Origin: Acanthaster planci | Taxonomy: Eukaryota | Direction of reading: 5' to 3' | Assembly: GCF_001949145.1 (NCBI RefSeq) | Contig: NW_019091361.1 | Location: 915,452-979,451 of the forward strand | DNA length: 64,000 nucleotides | Shown here: piece by piece, positions 13,325 to 27,400 of the stretch | Layout of the letters: each line of letters begins with the position of its first letter | Position numbering within the stretch: the stretch's first letter is position 1 | The notes under the pieces: model-generated | What the model was told of the DNA's origin: nothing | Databases searched by the model: none | What the model saw: the letters and a program-made list of their open reading frames with translations, nothing else | Position numbers and translations under genes: made by a program

Positions 13325-16300
13325 GCAGTGGGAAGCACATTTCATTTACCTGGCAAATACTTGCCGCATTTGGTAAGCTTCCTGCCCTATCTTTTTGAAG
13401 TTCTTTTTTACAAAAAGAAACACTGACTTCTGACAATTTCATCAGAGTAAGTTTTACCTGCTTCCACGGGGGGATAAAAGTACATGTACTAATGTTTAAG
13501 AGGTTGATTGGATGAGTGGGTGGATGCCCGGATTTCTTCACAGTCAGCCAGAGGGAAGATATTTTAGAAGATTTTTGTAAATTCTAAAACAAAGAATCCT
13601 CATTTAGATTTAAACTGCATCATGGGGTGGAACCCAAAAGTTGTGGAAATAAAGACCTGATCTGATTAGCAAGTTCACATATACATGTTGGTGTCATAAG
13701 TTGAGTTTTGCTTTGGATGGTTCAGTTTGAAAGAAACATTATAATAAAGTGTTTAAACAGAAATGTAAACACCCTACATGTATGTAACAGATCACAGACA
13801 TTTCGGGGACATTGTCATTCAAGGACAAAATATTGACCACTGAAATCCAACAGTAAAATCCAAGTAAACCGGGTGGCAAATTCTAGCCACGTTCATGTAT
13901 ACATGTGCATGCATCAGGCAAGTATTCCCAACTATGCTGGTGGATAAACAATGCATAATGAATATCTTATTACACCCCCAATTCCTACAACTGGTCCACC
14001 CTACAGAATGGTAAAGTATCTAGTTCCCTACTATCAAGTGAAGAAAATTTACATATATTGATGAATCTGTCTCGTAGATCTCTTGATTTCACTTCCATTG
14101 AAGCTTCCCCATGGAAGTGCAATCCACGTTATCAGTGGAGATGTAAATGTAAGGTACGTTTCCTGCCAAAGTTTAGCTTTCGTTTAATGTAATACTAATT
14201 TGTTAATTAATTTAGCTAACTTCAAGACAAAATTTTACCAACCTTTTCAGAGAAAACTAATGCCTTGGTCATGATAAAATTTGCCTAACTTTCCGTTGAG
14301 CCAGAAAGCAGGATATTAGTTATTGATCATAATTTAGCGTGTTAGTTTCATAAAAACTAATCACAATGGGCATTTACAGAATCAACTAAAAAAATAAGGA
14401 ATTTAAAAAAATGAATTGAGATGAAATAATGTACAAAAATAGTGTTCAATTTTGTTCCAGTTTCGTAAATTTTTGTCTTTTTTTCATTTACATGAGATTG
14501 CGCTTGTCTTTTTGATGGGTGTTTGAATATTTTCTGGGTTGTTTGTCTTTTGATGTCTGTCAACAAGGATGTTTGTTGGTCCATTTATATGTCCTTTTGC
14601 TGATCTTTTAGGTGCCTTTTTCAGGGTTTTTAAGTGTCTGAAATTTTTGTGCAATCAATTTTATTTGTTCAATGTGCATTAGGATATCCTCTTTATCCAT
14701 GGGATCATGTGCTCAGTGTTGGCCTGTTCTTTATTTTCTTCAGTGTTGCTTTTAGGCAAACTCTGGAAAAGCTACACGTTCTCGACGATGTTTAGTTCAC
14801 TGCTTAGCAATCCCGCAGGGCGTGCAGTTATTCTATTGCTTGGGTTACTATTGTCTTATAAAATATCTGCTCATTTCTGAACATGTCAACATGTAAGTTA
14901 AGGTCATAAAACAATTTGGCTATTTTCCATCATCAAGGAGAAGCCATCAAACGTTTTACCTAACTTGCCTTTGAGAAGAACAGTCGTGTAATAATCTCTT
15001 ATGTTTTCACTGACAAGCCGATTGAGAGTCATGAAAGAATTTGCCCAGTTTCCCATTAAGGACGAGACAGTAACAAGTCCTGAAACTTTCCACTTTTCCT
15101 AACTTTCCGCCTTTAGTTCACCCAATGAAAAGTCATAGACAAACATTTGCTCGTGGTGGCTACACTGTTACGATTTCCGGAAAGTAGATCACTGTAGTAT
15201 GAACGCAATAAGGGACATGGGAAGTTCAGAGTGTGAATCAATGTCGTCTGGCCCTCTTTTGGGAGGTTTTCTTCATTTAAAATTTAAATTTGTGCTGTAG
15301 TTTTGTGGAAGAAGATGTTTAATTCCTTCTTTTAATGAATTTGACTAACACCACGTGAAGAAACACGACAGTCAAAATCACTGAAATAGAATTTTTATTT
15401 GTTAAATAGAAACGGGGTTTTGAATTTTAATTCCATTTTGCTCAAAAACGAATGCTGCTGTTACAAATTCATTTACACATTTTCCGAAGTTGGCCGGGAA
15501 AACCTATATTAATTAATGTGTGCATTAGATTTCTACGTGCGAGCCTATTGATATTTTCACAAAGAGCTACGCGTACATATGTAAAAAAGAATGGTTTTCG
15601 GGATAATCTTCATAGAAATTTCTCCTTTTTCAAAACTGTAATGCATTCCAATATGGAACAAATTTCTACAGTAACAAAACCTTAAATGATTCTTTGATAG
15701 GTAACCTTTTGCGTGAATCAAGTACTGTAATTAAAATTGATATGCGCGCCGTCCCTGAAGTAAAAAATCTCTGTTTTCCAACATTCCGGCCTACCTGGGG
15801 AGCAGCAGGTTTTCGCTCGCGCATGCGCAGCTGTGAATATAACAAAGAAAACAAAACTCTGTGGACCTACTTTTCGGTCTTTCCAGTTAATACGTTTGAA
15901 TGTGTACCAGAGGCAGTCGGATTTGCGTCTCTTCGTGAAAACGCAAAATGCAGGTATCGATATATTGCTCCTGACAATTTTATTGTAATTTGGACATTAC
16001 TGATGTTTTGCTTGAGGAAGCGTGTCAAAATGCTCAAGTACGATGTCTTGAAACAAAATACTAAAAAAATCAAAACTGAGACGAATGACATTTTTTTAAA
16101 TTTGCGTCTCTTTGTGAAAACAGTAACGTTTTGTGATCCCGTGGGTTATTTAAATGAGAGATCGATAAAATTAGGACCTTCTATTGGACACGTGGCTCCA
16201 TCTTGGGGTGTTTAGTTCACAAAAAAACTTCAACTTGTGCACCTATTTGCATAAAGGTGGGCGGGAACCTACACTGTAATCTGAGTTTGACTACTATGGA

Positions 16301-16497
16301 GGGTTATATTGGGAAGAGGATAAAAAATTGAGATGGCTAACACTCTTGTGAAAGAACTTTGTCTAAGCGGTCATCATCTAGAATTTTCGGTGAAAAAACG
16401 CAATTTAGGCAACCCTATTCCTGAGGGTCACCCCTGGATGTTGCTATTATCTCCAACTTCGTTTCCGTACATGGCCAGGCGTTCATTGTGTGTGTGC

Positions 16498-16817
16498 TGC
16501 GTTGGAGAAGACTGAATGAGGGAGGGCGGTATGCCAACTTAACGGCGTCTCCTCTGCACCGTGTGGTCTTTCTTTCAGTCGCAGCTTCAATCCGATTAGC
16601 CTAGCTGTGGCACAGGGGAGGGATTATATCTACGTTGCAGATGTCATATTTGAAAAATAGGGGAATTTCAGACTTTTTATAATTCACTAAATACCTTGCA
16701 ATGTAGAAAGCTAACAATGTACCCTTGAGTTCGCCTGTCGCCCTGTTTGGGCGCTGCTGGGAGACGAGCGAAACCCTTAAGTTAGCATACCGCCCTCACT
16801 TCAACCTTCGCGACGCA
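16498..16817. mobile_element. TIR element (family also at 61412-61770 and 63331-63382)
   Basis: tgcgttggagaagactgaa..gagggcggtatgccaacttaa at left and its inverted partner ttaagttagcataccgccctcacttcaaccttcgcgacgca at right. Confidence 0.6.
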
Positions 16818-18355
16818 CGGGTACGTGCGTACATGTGCTGTATATGGACAGTGCGTGCCACACCGTTCTGTTGGCAAGCCCGCACTTTAGGTTCAGCCTG
16901 TGACCCTTCGAAATAAAAAACTGGAGTTGGACGCCACAAGATAACCTGTTGGATCATAAAACCTGAAAATAGAAACCAAATATCAGCTCGGACTCTTCCG
17001 AACCGAACCTGCAGCTGTTTAGTCATGGTTTAGTGGTCGGTTCAAGTTCAGATGTTCAGAATCTGGGCACCGTGGCCGCGGGCGCACACGGATTATGCGA
17101 AGAAAGAAAATAGATGTAAACGTGGGCATTGTCTATTTGGGGACCCCGGTTTGGTTTGTTTGTTTGTTTTTTTTTTTGGTTTTGTTTTGTTTGTTTTGTG
17201 TTTTAATTTTATTCAAGTGAAACTGGACAGCCTGGCCCAAAATTTAGGCAACACTTTTTTTATTGCGCTGATCCCATTTGAAATTTTGAATTGTAAATGG
17301 TAAGAAAAATTAATGTGACTCTCTTACTGATAAACCAATTTCAAATTAGAATCCACCTTGTGTCATGTGTTAAAACACAGTTCCCCCTCATAATTTCCCC
17401 GAACTCAAAACCCCGCGCTCTTTTCACATTAACCCTCAGCCTATACTGTATAGTCACCTACCGAGGTGAATCCAAAAGTTAAAATGTTGGTCTCCCTTCT
17501 TTTGTAGGGGCGGGGTCGCCAAATAAACAGTCCCATATTATATTGAACATATAATTCCGGGTTTCACACCCGGGTTTTGTTCTCGTTTTAGCAATGTTTT
17601 ATTCCTCCATGGTTCCGTCAACCAGAGACCTGACGGAGGTTAATAATTCTTCTCTCCTTCCACGTCAATTTCACGCACGGTCCGCTCACGCACGGTACGT
17701 GTATTTGCACATCGGTCACCTCAATATGGGTCGGCAAATGAGGGCAGCAGATACGATTTACTGTGATTCGAGTACGAGTAGTCTGGATACAATATGTAGC
17801 CTACCTACATCGCATTATGCATGCAGCATGCATAGCATAGCAAACACCGTCGGACATATAGTGCATGTACATATAGCTGCCGTGCCCACACCTACCGCCA
17901 CAAAAATGTGAAACGAATTCTTCAGTCCCTGATCATTTGATTTCTCCTGTCTCATTGCACGCAGATCAGACTTGATTAACGTGGCTGAAACGAAGGAAAT
18001 ATTCAGTAGGTACTGTAGAATGCTTGATTTTTTTCAAATTGTTCGTTGAAGCCGTTCTGTTCCTGGTAATGTGTTCTCAGTCATGTCAGTGAGTACCACT
18101 GCGAGTGTAGACTGTAGTGTAGGCCCAGTATTGATGCATGCATACATCGCCCAGTTTCCGGACGTTGTGTTACTTAGCATTTCGCCTATTGTGGTTCCTG
18201 TGTTGACTAGTCAGTTGAAAGAATGTTGCATCCTACCTCCACTTTGCTTATCATGTATCATCTCGATGAAGGTCAGTTGTAGCAGAAATTGCTCAAAAAT
18301 TATGAATCTGGGACTTAGAAATATTTTTAATTTTTGGCCTAGCCTAGGGGTAGCA

Positions 18356-19405
18356 CCTAGGCCCTATCCCAATGAATGTCGGTCACTTCGGCACCTTGCC
18401 AACTCGACACCTCGCTAACTCGCCAACTCGCCACCTACAATTTTGCCTCCGGTCTACGTTGTCCAACTCGGCACCTGACCGACTTGGTGCTCGAACCGAA
18501 CCAATTGGTTCTACATGTTAATTCCGTACATGTGCTTAGTTAATTTTGGTTAACTAGGAGATTGAGTAATCTGCATGGATTATGGTAACCCAACTAGTTC
18601 AACAAAGAAATTCATAAAGAAATGAGTTTCTTAAGTTAATCGGAAGATTGAAGTAAACCCGTTTTTGAAATTAAAGTCTGATTATAATTTTAAAAAGAGA
18701 AAAATAACCCTTGCTTTGTCTTGCCAATTCTGTGAAAGCTTGTTATCGAAGTTACCCCTGTGTCCCCGGCCCCCCTGGCAGATGCAGATCCGACCTAACC
18801 CAAAAGCCGAGTGGTTACTAGGCCTGACTAAATACTCCTATTACTCTGCAAATACACGGCCCAGCCCGCTGTGCATGCAACGCTAGCGACTGGTCACAGC
18901 TTACGAGCAGGCGGGGTGATCCATGCCAGCTGAGCCCCACCGGTCATACATGTACTAACTGGGAGAGCTAAGACAGTGGTGGACTAGGCACCCACTCCAA
19001 AAAAAGGATTTATTTGAGAAAAGAGCTATTTTAGAAACTTCTCTTGTCAAAAGAGGTGTAGATTCCGTTAGTATGAAAATAAAATCTCCAAACAATGGGT
19101 TGGTTGGTTAGTGCAATGTTCCTGTACCTCATTCTCTCAGTCTTATTCTATCTACCGCGTACGTTCTGTCCATGTAGGTGCTGAGTTTGAGAGGTGCTGT
19201 GTTGGCAAGGTACCGAGTTGGTTTTTGTACAGGTGCCAAGTTGGTGGGTGCCGAGCTGGCAAGGTGCCGAGTTGGTGGGTGCCGAGTTGACGAGATGCTG
19301 AGTTCGCAGGTGCCAAGTTGGCAAGGTGCTGAAGTGACTGGTTACCATTCCAACATTGCAACAATGACAAATAATTGCACGTGCAGTGTTGGGATAGGGC
19401 CTAGG
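18356..19405. mobile_element. Element of about 1.05 kb with 17-bp inverted ends and subterminal arrays of AACTCGGCACC
   Basis: CCTAGGCCCTATCCCAA (18356-18372) / TTGGGATAGGGCCTAGG (19389-19405); repeat arrays at about 18385-18480 (+) and 19175-19335 (-). Confidence 0.6.
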
Positions 19406-20126
19406 CCATTTATCCAGGAGTTGCCACAATTTGTGCACTTTGCACAAAATTTGTTCTTACACTAAATTTGAAAAGAGTTCCATTTATGGACAACACTTGA
19501 TAGGCTACCCTCTGCGCAAACCGACACGTACTTGTTTGAGACTTGTTGGACAAAGTCTTTTCTAATGCTTTGGAATTTCCACAGCTAAATGTTTACTTTT
19601 TAGGACATGTTATCACTTTCTGATGGCCGTTGTAACATTTCAAGGGAAAAGTAATGATGTCTGTGTATGGAACTCTTTTGCTAAATTTTTTTGTGGCTTC
19701 CCTTTCACAAGTTGAGAGTTTGACTAAAACCCTAAATGGAATAATATTTTGAAGAAGACATCACCGAAGCGGAAAGAACACCACTGTTCGCGAGCGAGTC
19801 AGTTCGGCCATAGTAAAACTTATTATGTCACCATAATCCATGCATGTACGTACTTCTGAAAAATCTGCCAGTTGGTGTCTCGTGGATTAGGAACAATTTT
19901 TGTTTTTATTAGATGAACACGTACTTTGGTTTGTTGATGCAATATAAAAAAAATGAATATGTGTATTCGCCATATCTTGACTTCCTTCCACTTTCTTTTT
20001 CACGTTCTAGATTTTTTAATTCGTCAATATAATTTCAAGTTTCAATTACAGGCATAAATTTTGATATTCTTTCAATTAAATCATACTTGGTCTAAATTTG
20101 AGTAATTGATCTTGGTACTATTAATA

Positions 20127-20252
20127 CGGGCGATTCACAATAGTGCGCCACCAAGAGTTTGCAACGCGTTGGCCAATCATAACGCGCGAAATTTGTCAAC
20201 CCTTTCCAAACGCGCACTGGGTCGACAAATTTCGTGCATTGTGATTTGCCAA
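20127..20252. mobile_element. Truncated copy of the 41619 MITE upstream of RASA1
   Basis: TA-cgggcgattcacaatagtgcgccaccaagagtttgcaacgcgttggccaatca, colinear with 41619-41743. Confidence 0.75.
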
Positions 20253-21262
20253 AAGACTTTACAATCATGATTTTTCCTGTGCGTACGAGATTGCTGTATC
20301 TAAGCCAGCCTCCTTTCCTGCTGTTTTTATAGCAAAAATGATTCAGTGGGATTTTCTGAAGAGAAAAATGGCCTTTGTGAGCATGTGTGCATAAAAAGTG
20401 AATTTATCAGTAAAAAGGTCTATGACGCACACTGATCTGTGGCTCTGGGGGATTCTTTAAGGGGGAAAATGTTCGTGTGTTTGCTGTGTTTCCTCAAATC
20501 TGCACAGTCGTTCGAGTTTGCTGTACAGCCTGCCAAAAACTTTACCTTCAGAAGATTACATTTACTTTCTAATGCAGTTGTGGAAAATATTCAAAATCTG
20601 TCACCAACCAACAGTCTCGACTATAGTTGGGATGGTCTTCACTGTGGTGCTGCAGCTGAGCCGGCCCAACGATGTACATACACATGAACGGAGTGTGGCA
20701 ACTACATGTACATTATGTACATGTGTGCCAATTTGTGTCATATGTTTACATGTACCGGTAATACACAAGTCTCATCACCCCCATCCCTGTGTTGTCGTAC
20801 ATTTGTACTATCACATTTTTTGATAGACCAGTTGTGTCATTTTAGGTATTTTTGTTTGATACGTAGATGAATATTCGTGGTATTAGGGGAAATGACACTG
20901 TTTCTAACTGAAACAAAAGCCGGTATTGCATCCTTATTTGGAACCCAACTGACGCATGCGTTTCCTTTGATCAACAACATTACGTTAATTTGTCGGTTCC
21001 CTAATGTTTTTTTGATAGTTTCAATTAAGAACTGTTTCCTTTTAAAGTTTGTTAAATTGTGTTATATTACATGTAGTTGATTTATTTTAAGGAACAACGC
21101 TCAGTATTTTTGACCTTTTGACTTCCTGCAGGAATTGATGTCATCTTGTCACCAGAGGTGAAGTGCTGAACCCTAACTCCGGCAGCACCGCCAGCATTCC
21201 TTGCCGAGCTTCTGGCTCTGGGGCATTCTCTCCCCTTTCTTCTGCGACGGTAGCCCCTAAAA

Positions 21263-21459
21263 ATGGCTGCCTCATCAGGCTCAGTCACGGCAGATGGTCG
21301 CATGCGGCTCTTGGGGACGTCAACGACAAACCAGAGTGTGGAGGATATGCACAACTTGAATATCCACGATGAGTTTGACCCGTTTGACGCCTATGCTGAG
21401 ACCGAGAAGAACGAACCCACGATGGTAGATGGGACCTTGGCTGCACCGCCACAAAATGA
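21263..21459 (+). CDS. RASA1: RASA1 coding exon 1 (short N-terminus)
   Basis: MAASSGSV...LAAPPQNE |gtatgt; APP motif precedes the N-SH2 as in p120GAP; upstream acceptor at 21131 implies a non-coding first exon. Confidence 0.85.
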
Positions 21460-24400
21460 GTATGTGCTTTCACCATTATACTGTTGGTCCTTTGGGGATA
21501 AATTTCTGCTGAAGGGAGGAGTGTCTCTTTCAGTAAATGTCATTTGTGTATGAGTTCAGCTTTTAAGCTAATTTCAGCTGTTTTTGTTCAGGTGTTTACA
21601 CTGAATTTCAGCTTTTGTGTACAACTGCTCTGTACAAAATCACGGGAAGTTTCTAAATTTCAGATATTTGCTAGCTCTTTCGGCTTTCTTGTAAACACTC
21701 ACACCCCTGAAATCTGGGCATTTGGAATGAGTTCTGTTATTGTGGATAGTCTGAAAAAGTTCCCCAGTTTTGTGACTGTCTTGTCAATTTCAATCTCTAC
21801 ATGCTAACAAAGGGATTAGATAAAGTAATTTAATCAAAGTCAAAGATCTGCGTTGGCACAATAACCAGATTATGTCGTGGGTACCCACTATTGGTTGGTC
21901 TCCATCTTTGCTGGCTACACCAAAGCAATTTGCTGATATAAAAATGTAAAACAAGCAACAAGCAAAGAACTTTGCAAGTGATTTAAATCCAGACATTCCG
22001 GGGATTAGCGACTCTCTGAGTAACTTCCAATAGTTTGTTTTACAAAGCCCTTGGCTTGAAAAAGCCCTGTTCCCATTGGACTTTTATTGGTTAACTTACA
22101 ACAACTTTCCTGTGGAATTACAAAATTAAATCCAATGGGAACACATGGTAAATTAACGTCGCCGTCAACTTATGTGTACAGTGACTGTGATGTAAAACTA
22201 ACAAGCCGAAAAGGATTGAGGAAGATTTCTGCGTAGCCCCAGTAAGTTAGCAGGGGTGCAAAAAAGTCCTCGTACATGTACAATGTAGATTGACCGTGAC
22301 CATGCTAAACCTACGAACCAGACTACTGCTACATAGAGATCGATAGCGGGCACGCAAAAATGGTTGTATGGTTCCCAGTCTTTGTGCGTACAGCACAGGA
22401 GCATACATGTACCAAGCACACACAGTAAAGTGTGTCCGGATAAAGCTACATTGTACATGTATGTACACACATTGTGTGTGGGTACATCTTACATGTATTT
22501 GTGGCAGATTTGGCCAAATTTGTCTGATTTGTCATTTTGTGGTTAGATTTTGCCAATTTCATCATGATTTGTACAGCACGGGCAGTGTACATGTATCTTG
22601 TAATCAGCCGGTCTTTTATTATTATTAACACAACAAATAAACGTCACGTTAGGGTAAAAAAAGTCCACATGGGTATTGCGGTAAATTGACGCGAAAGAAT
22701 GTTGCAGTAAGTTTCCGTGTGGCCGTGGAAGAAAAAGCCCAACGGAAATACATATATGGCTTAAGTAGCACACCCTTCTTGTCCGGTCACTTCCAAGGTG
22801 TTAGACAACGTTATGCAATAAAAACTTCTTCATATACTATAATGTGTCGCACTTGCACTGCAAGAAAACTTTCAGCAGTAAAAGTTGTGCGTGCCAAATG
22901 AATGCTACTAGTACCAGCCTACCCTGGCAAATGGAAGAAAAACCTTGTCTCTTTTTAAACTTAAAATTAAAAGTACATGATGAGTGACACTGAAATAGAA
23001 GGAATTGCTAGCAAAATAAAGCCCTACATACAGTGTACTGGTTGCAATCAGGAAAGACCAGCATACATATGTACTTGTAGCATGATCCAATTAGTGTTTA
23101 TTTGAAATAGGTAATTACTCTCTTAAATAGCATTAGAAGTTCATTTGCCTGCATTGTCAATAAACACAGTGTCAGCTTTCCAGACAGGGCTTGTTAAGTG
23201 TAAAATACAGGTGCGTTCATGTTGTCTACGTTGTAGATGGTTCATGTGCTGTCCATGTACATACTTGTATGCAACAGTGTATGGTGTACATGTACGTACA
23301 TGCATGCAAAGACTATCACAGTACATACATGTACATGTACATTAACCCTAACCTTCCCTAACCACACAGAATTGAACACCGGTAAAGTGTGTGAATTTGT
23401 GGCACTGGGTACTGTACCCCTAAACTGCTTGTGCTTTAACATGGGTTCGGGCATACCCAAAATAAACAGAGTCCAACAGATTTTGTGCAAAGTTTACCAT
23501 GTGGTGTTTGAATTTGTGTGAATGGGTATGGTTCCTAGTAAATCACTCTGGGTAGTTAGGGTTAAACATTCTGTGCCCATAGTCACCATGCAGGGCGGGA
23601 ACTTCTTTCTTGAAAGGACAAGGCAGTTTCTCATAATTTTGCAAAGGGTACTTGTATTAGAAGATCAACTTGTCGATGGGGACATTTCAGTGGGTATGGA
23701 AGCAAAGACCAGGGGCATCAAGGCAATTGCCTCTGATGTCTCCGTAGAGTTCCTGCCTTGCAGTAGTGGGTACTTGTACAGTATTTTAAGAAAATGTACT
23801 GGAACTTATACCCAGACAAGTGCACTTGTAGCAAGGTAGTACGTACATGTACACTGTACGGGTATATTGGTACCGGACACATACATGTACATGTACTTCC
23901 AAGACGGTCAACAAAATTTTATGGTTGTCTTTTTTATTTCTGTTTCAATTAATTAATTGAGTTGTGCAACTGTAAATAGTGGGGAAGGGTGCCTTCGTTT
24001 TTGTTTTAAAATCGAATAGATTTCTTGTTCAATTTTATTATTCAAGACCTGTCAATCAAGTCATCATTAATGTTAATATGAATTAGCTGTAACACATGCA
24101 CAGTAGCTTTTGATATGTCCATGCTGAATGAAGCCCAAAAATAATATACAGTGGTTAGTGATTTGAACCCACAAACAATTGGTCCCTAAAAGAAAAAAAT
24201 CATCTAGTCCTTTATTTTGGAAACTGTTGTGGGATTTTTTTTTTCCTCAGTTAATGCTGCATCTAAAGAACAGCGGTTTGGGGGTGACTGATCCTGTCAC
24301 CGCCTGTGCCAAATTCATTGACATGTCCTCCCTGACTACCCATGTCATTGTTTATGCTGAGTGCTACAAGGAATCCTGCAGGAATTTGGCTAGTGTCAAA

Positions 24401-27400
24401 GGTGCCCAGAGCACAGTCAGGACTGAGGGGCTGTTTTCCAACGAGGCTGCATCAAATTGCAGCTCAAGGCACAACGTTAGCTATGCTGCATGTACAATGT
24501 AGCTGCCTGTTACTGTCCAGTTGTTTGATTGATTGATGGGGTACATGTATATTCATTGTAGGTGGTATCATGGCCGCATGGACCGGATGACAGCTGAGAT
24601 GAGACTCAACGGTGCTCGAGTTGGCAGCTATCTGATCCGGGAGAGTGAGCGCAAGCCTGGCTCCTATGTCCTCTCTTACCTTGGTATCAAAGGATTCCAG
24701 CATTTCAGGTAGGTACACGTATGCCGTTTTCTACTGTCTTTTTGCCCTTGCCTCCGAGAAAGACTTGGGTAACATTGCAGTGAAGTACTCGTCTTGTGAT
24801 ATACAGTGTAGGAAACTGCCCTCAAATGTCAGGACCCTCTGCTGGGAGTAATTCAACTCTGCGATGTTGCGTGTCACTCATGAGCTTATAAAGAGTATGA
24901 GCACAAGGCCACAGGAAATAATGCTTGAGTACAAGAAATGTGTATGGAACTAGTCAGCTTCACTCTGCAGACAACAGCAGGAATTCATGACAATGAGCAT
25001 TGATATGTTACAACGGCGGTCAAACAGTCTGTGCTTCCTACTGAATAATTTCATCACCAGTTCATTGTTTTCATGCGTCACCATGGGAGTCAGGTTGGCG
25101 AAGTGGTTTTTTCCCCACCTTCCACCTCTGTGGTCTGGGTTCGATTCCCGACTTGGTCCACATGTAGACTGAGTTTTCAGCCCGTACCCGATTCTGTGGG
25201 TTTCACCCAGAACATGCAGAATATTCCTCTGGGGTTTTCCTCCCACTGCTTCACATTGTCTCCTGTCTACAGGTTTCTTCAGGCTTGCGAGCTACAGTGC
25301 CGAGGTTGCTTTTGAGGAATCTTTGATATCATGACCAGAAATAAACAAATAATAATAATAACGGAAACAAGAAAGTACATGTACAAATGTAGTCCTATTA
25401 AAAAAGGAAAAAGATAAAAAGAATCAGAAATACTGTTCACCAAAAATTAGAATAAAAATAAAAATCAATTAAAAAGTCCAAAAAGGTAAAAATTATGTTT
25501 GGGTAAAAGGAATAAATGTTTGATGGGTGCATGTTGACCTTCAACCTAAATAAAAGGCAGAGGTTACTTGAACAAGGCAAAACACATGTACATCGTTTGT
25601 CTCTTAGGCTCTGTTTTCTCAAGAACATTCTAGGATTTTTAGAATTATTTAGAATTTAGCATTGCAAAGTAATGATGTGTTATTGACCAGTAACTGATCA
25701 GCCTGAGAGGTGTATAACTTTGACCTCCAAATTATGCAAACTTCAGCTTCAGCAAAAATGATCATCATGATGCAAGTACATTGAACTCTGAATGCCCAAC
25801 CAGAGAGTATAGCCATACATGTAGTTGTGAGCTTGGTGTGACTGTCAATTTGTGATGTTAAGGGGAAGCATTTCCGTTGTGCATTTGCAAATAGATTTAT
25901 TTCCACCTTTAAAGAAAGTTCACCAGGAATAATTCATGACTAAAAATCTGCTTCACGTTCACATTTGTCTGTAACATGAGCCTGTTTCTAATGAATATTT
26001 CAGCTTGCGTATGGTACACATTAGGCTTTGCTAATGTTTATGACATCTGCTGACAACTGCTGGTATGTTGTATCAATAGTTACTCGAAGTTCACCCTTTG
26101 CAACTCCTGCCCCGCCATTTTTCCCACCAAGCTAGCCTCTTGAGGTATCTGTTACCCTTCTAGTCCTGTGTTTGCAATCCCTCCTTTCATTTTGCACAAA
26201 CACGCATTCTGCGTTCTCAACAGCCGCTTTGGTTGACATGCAGACTTGTGGTTTGCAAACTAACATTGCTTGAATTGGTCACATATTAGATTACCCACTA
26301 TACAAGGAAGTGGTGTTTGCCTTCAGGAAGGGATTGAGAATGTCAACACCCTATTGACAGGAACACAGTGACCTAGATATTAATAGGTATTACTCAATTA
26401 ATAGTAAGATGTACCCACTTACATGTACAATGTACAGTACATGTACCTGGCCCACTCTTCAAAACTGATTCATAAAAGTTATGAATTACGTTTTATCTGC
26501 ATTGGCATCAGAGCTCGATAAAGCAGAAAAATTAATCTAAACTGAGATTGCCTGGTTCTGTTTCGTTTCACTTGTGTAATTGATGTGCTTTAAACGTCAA
26601 GGAAATGACAGGTTGAGGAAGAATTCCAATATTACGTTTGATTTATCCCACTGCTGTTTGTTTTGTTGTGGCTTTGGGTAGGTTTTTCTGGGGGAGGATG
26701 AGGAGGGTTTCGCTGCCTCGTTACTGCAGACACTGAGACTTCTCACATTCAGTGTCAGTGAAAATGGCCAGAACGAACCCTAACAAATAAGGCTGGTCCA
26801 TGTCGACAAAATATCCCAGAATATTAATATGACATTGATTCAGAGTTGTTGTCTGGGGGGAGGGGGTGAATGATGACTAGAAATGAAAGAACATACTCTC
26901 TGATCACACCGTATGGTACACCCGCTGTACTGGGGACACGTGGGTAATTCCAAAAATGAGGGGTCTATCTTTTTTTCATGTCCCTGTCTCATCTGACATA
27001 TGATTTTGTAAGTTCAGAACACATTTTCCAATTTCCAAGAGTAATGAATTAATGCAAATCATATGCCAAACGAACAGTAGTAGTTTGTAATCAATTCTGG
27101 TGATATTTCCATGTCAAATAACAATGGTCAGATGTATTGTAACAAGGACGCGAAGATGTCACTTTTGGACCCCTAATTTCTGGGATTACCCACGTACATG
27201 AACGTGAACATGTAGAAACTTGCCCACATCAGTACATGTGTAAATGCCATTTCTGGTCTGTTTCTTTTTCTCTGTCTTCTAACTTTCGTTTGTGGGTTTC
27301 ACTTTCTTGAAACCCAAACCTACTACATGTACATGTAGTACCTATAGTTACTTTGTATTAAAAAAATTTCCTGAAATTCCGGTGACTTCACACTAGCGGT

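Noticed and set aside
15694..16215. 173-aa ORF on the + strand
   Set aside because: No recognisable domain, non-ATG start, and it lies in repeat-like intergenic DNA.
19175..19335. CRISPR-like repeat array
   Set aside because: Eukaryotic context, degenerate units of 15-18 bp with no unique spacers and no cas genes.
25085..25160. tRNA gene (also 48630-48702)
   Set aside because: A and B boxes are present, but there is no full cloverleaf or acceptor stem, and the sequence runs on into a SINE-like body.
26866..26910. ATGATGA...CTGA box C/D pair with a terminal stem
   Set aside because: Only about 35 nt between the boxes and no rRNA complementarity recognised.
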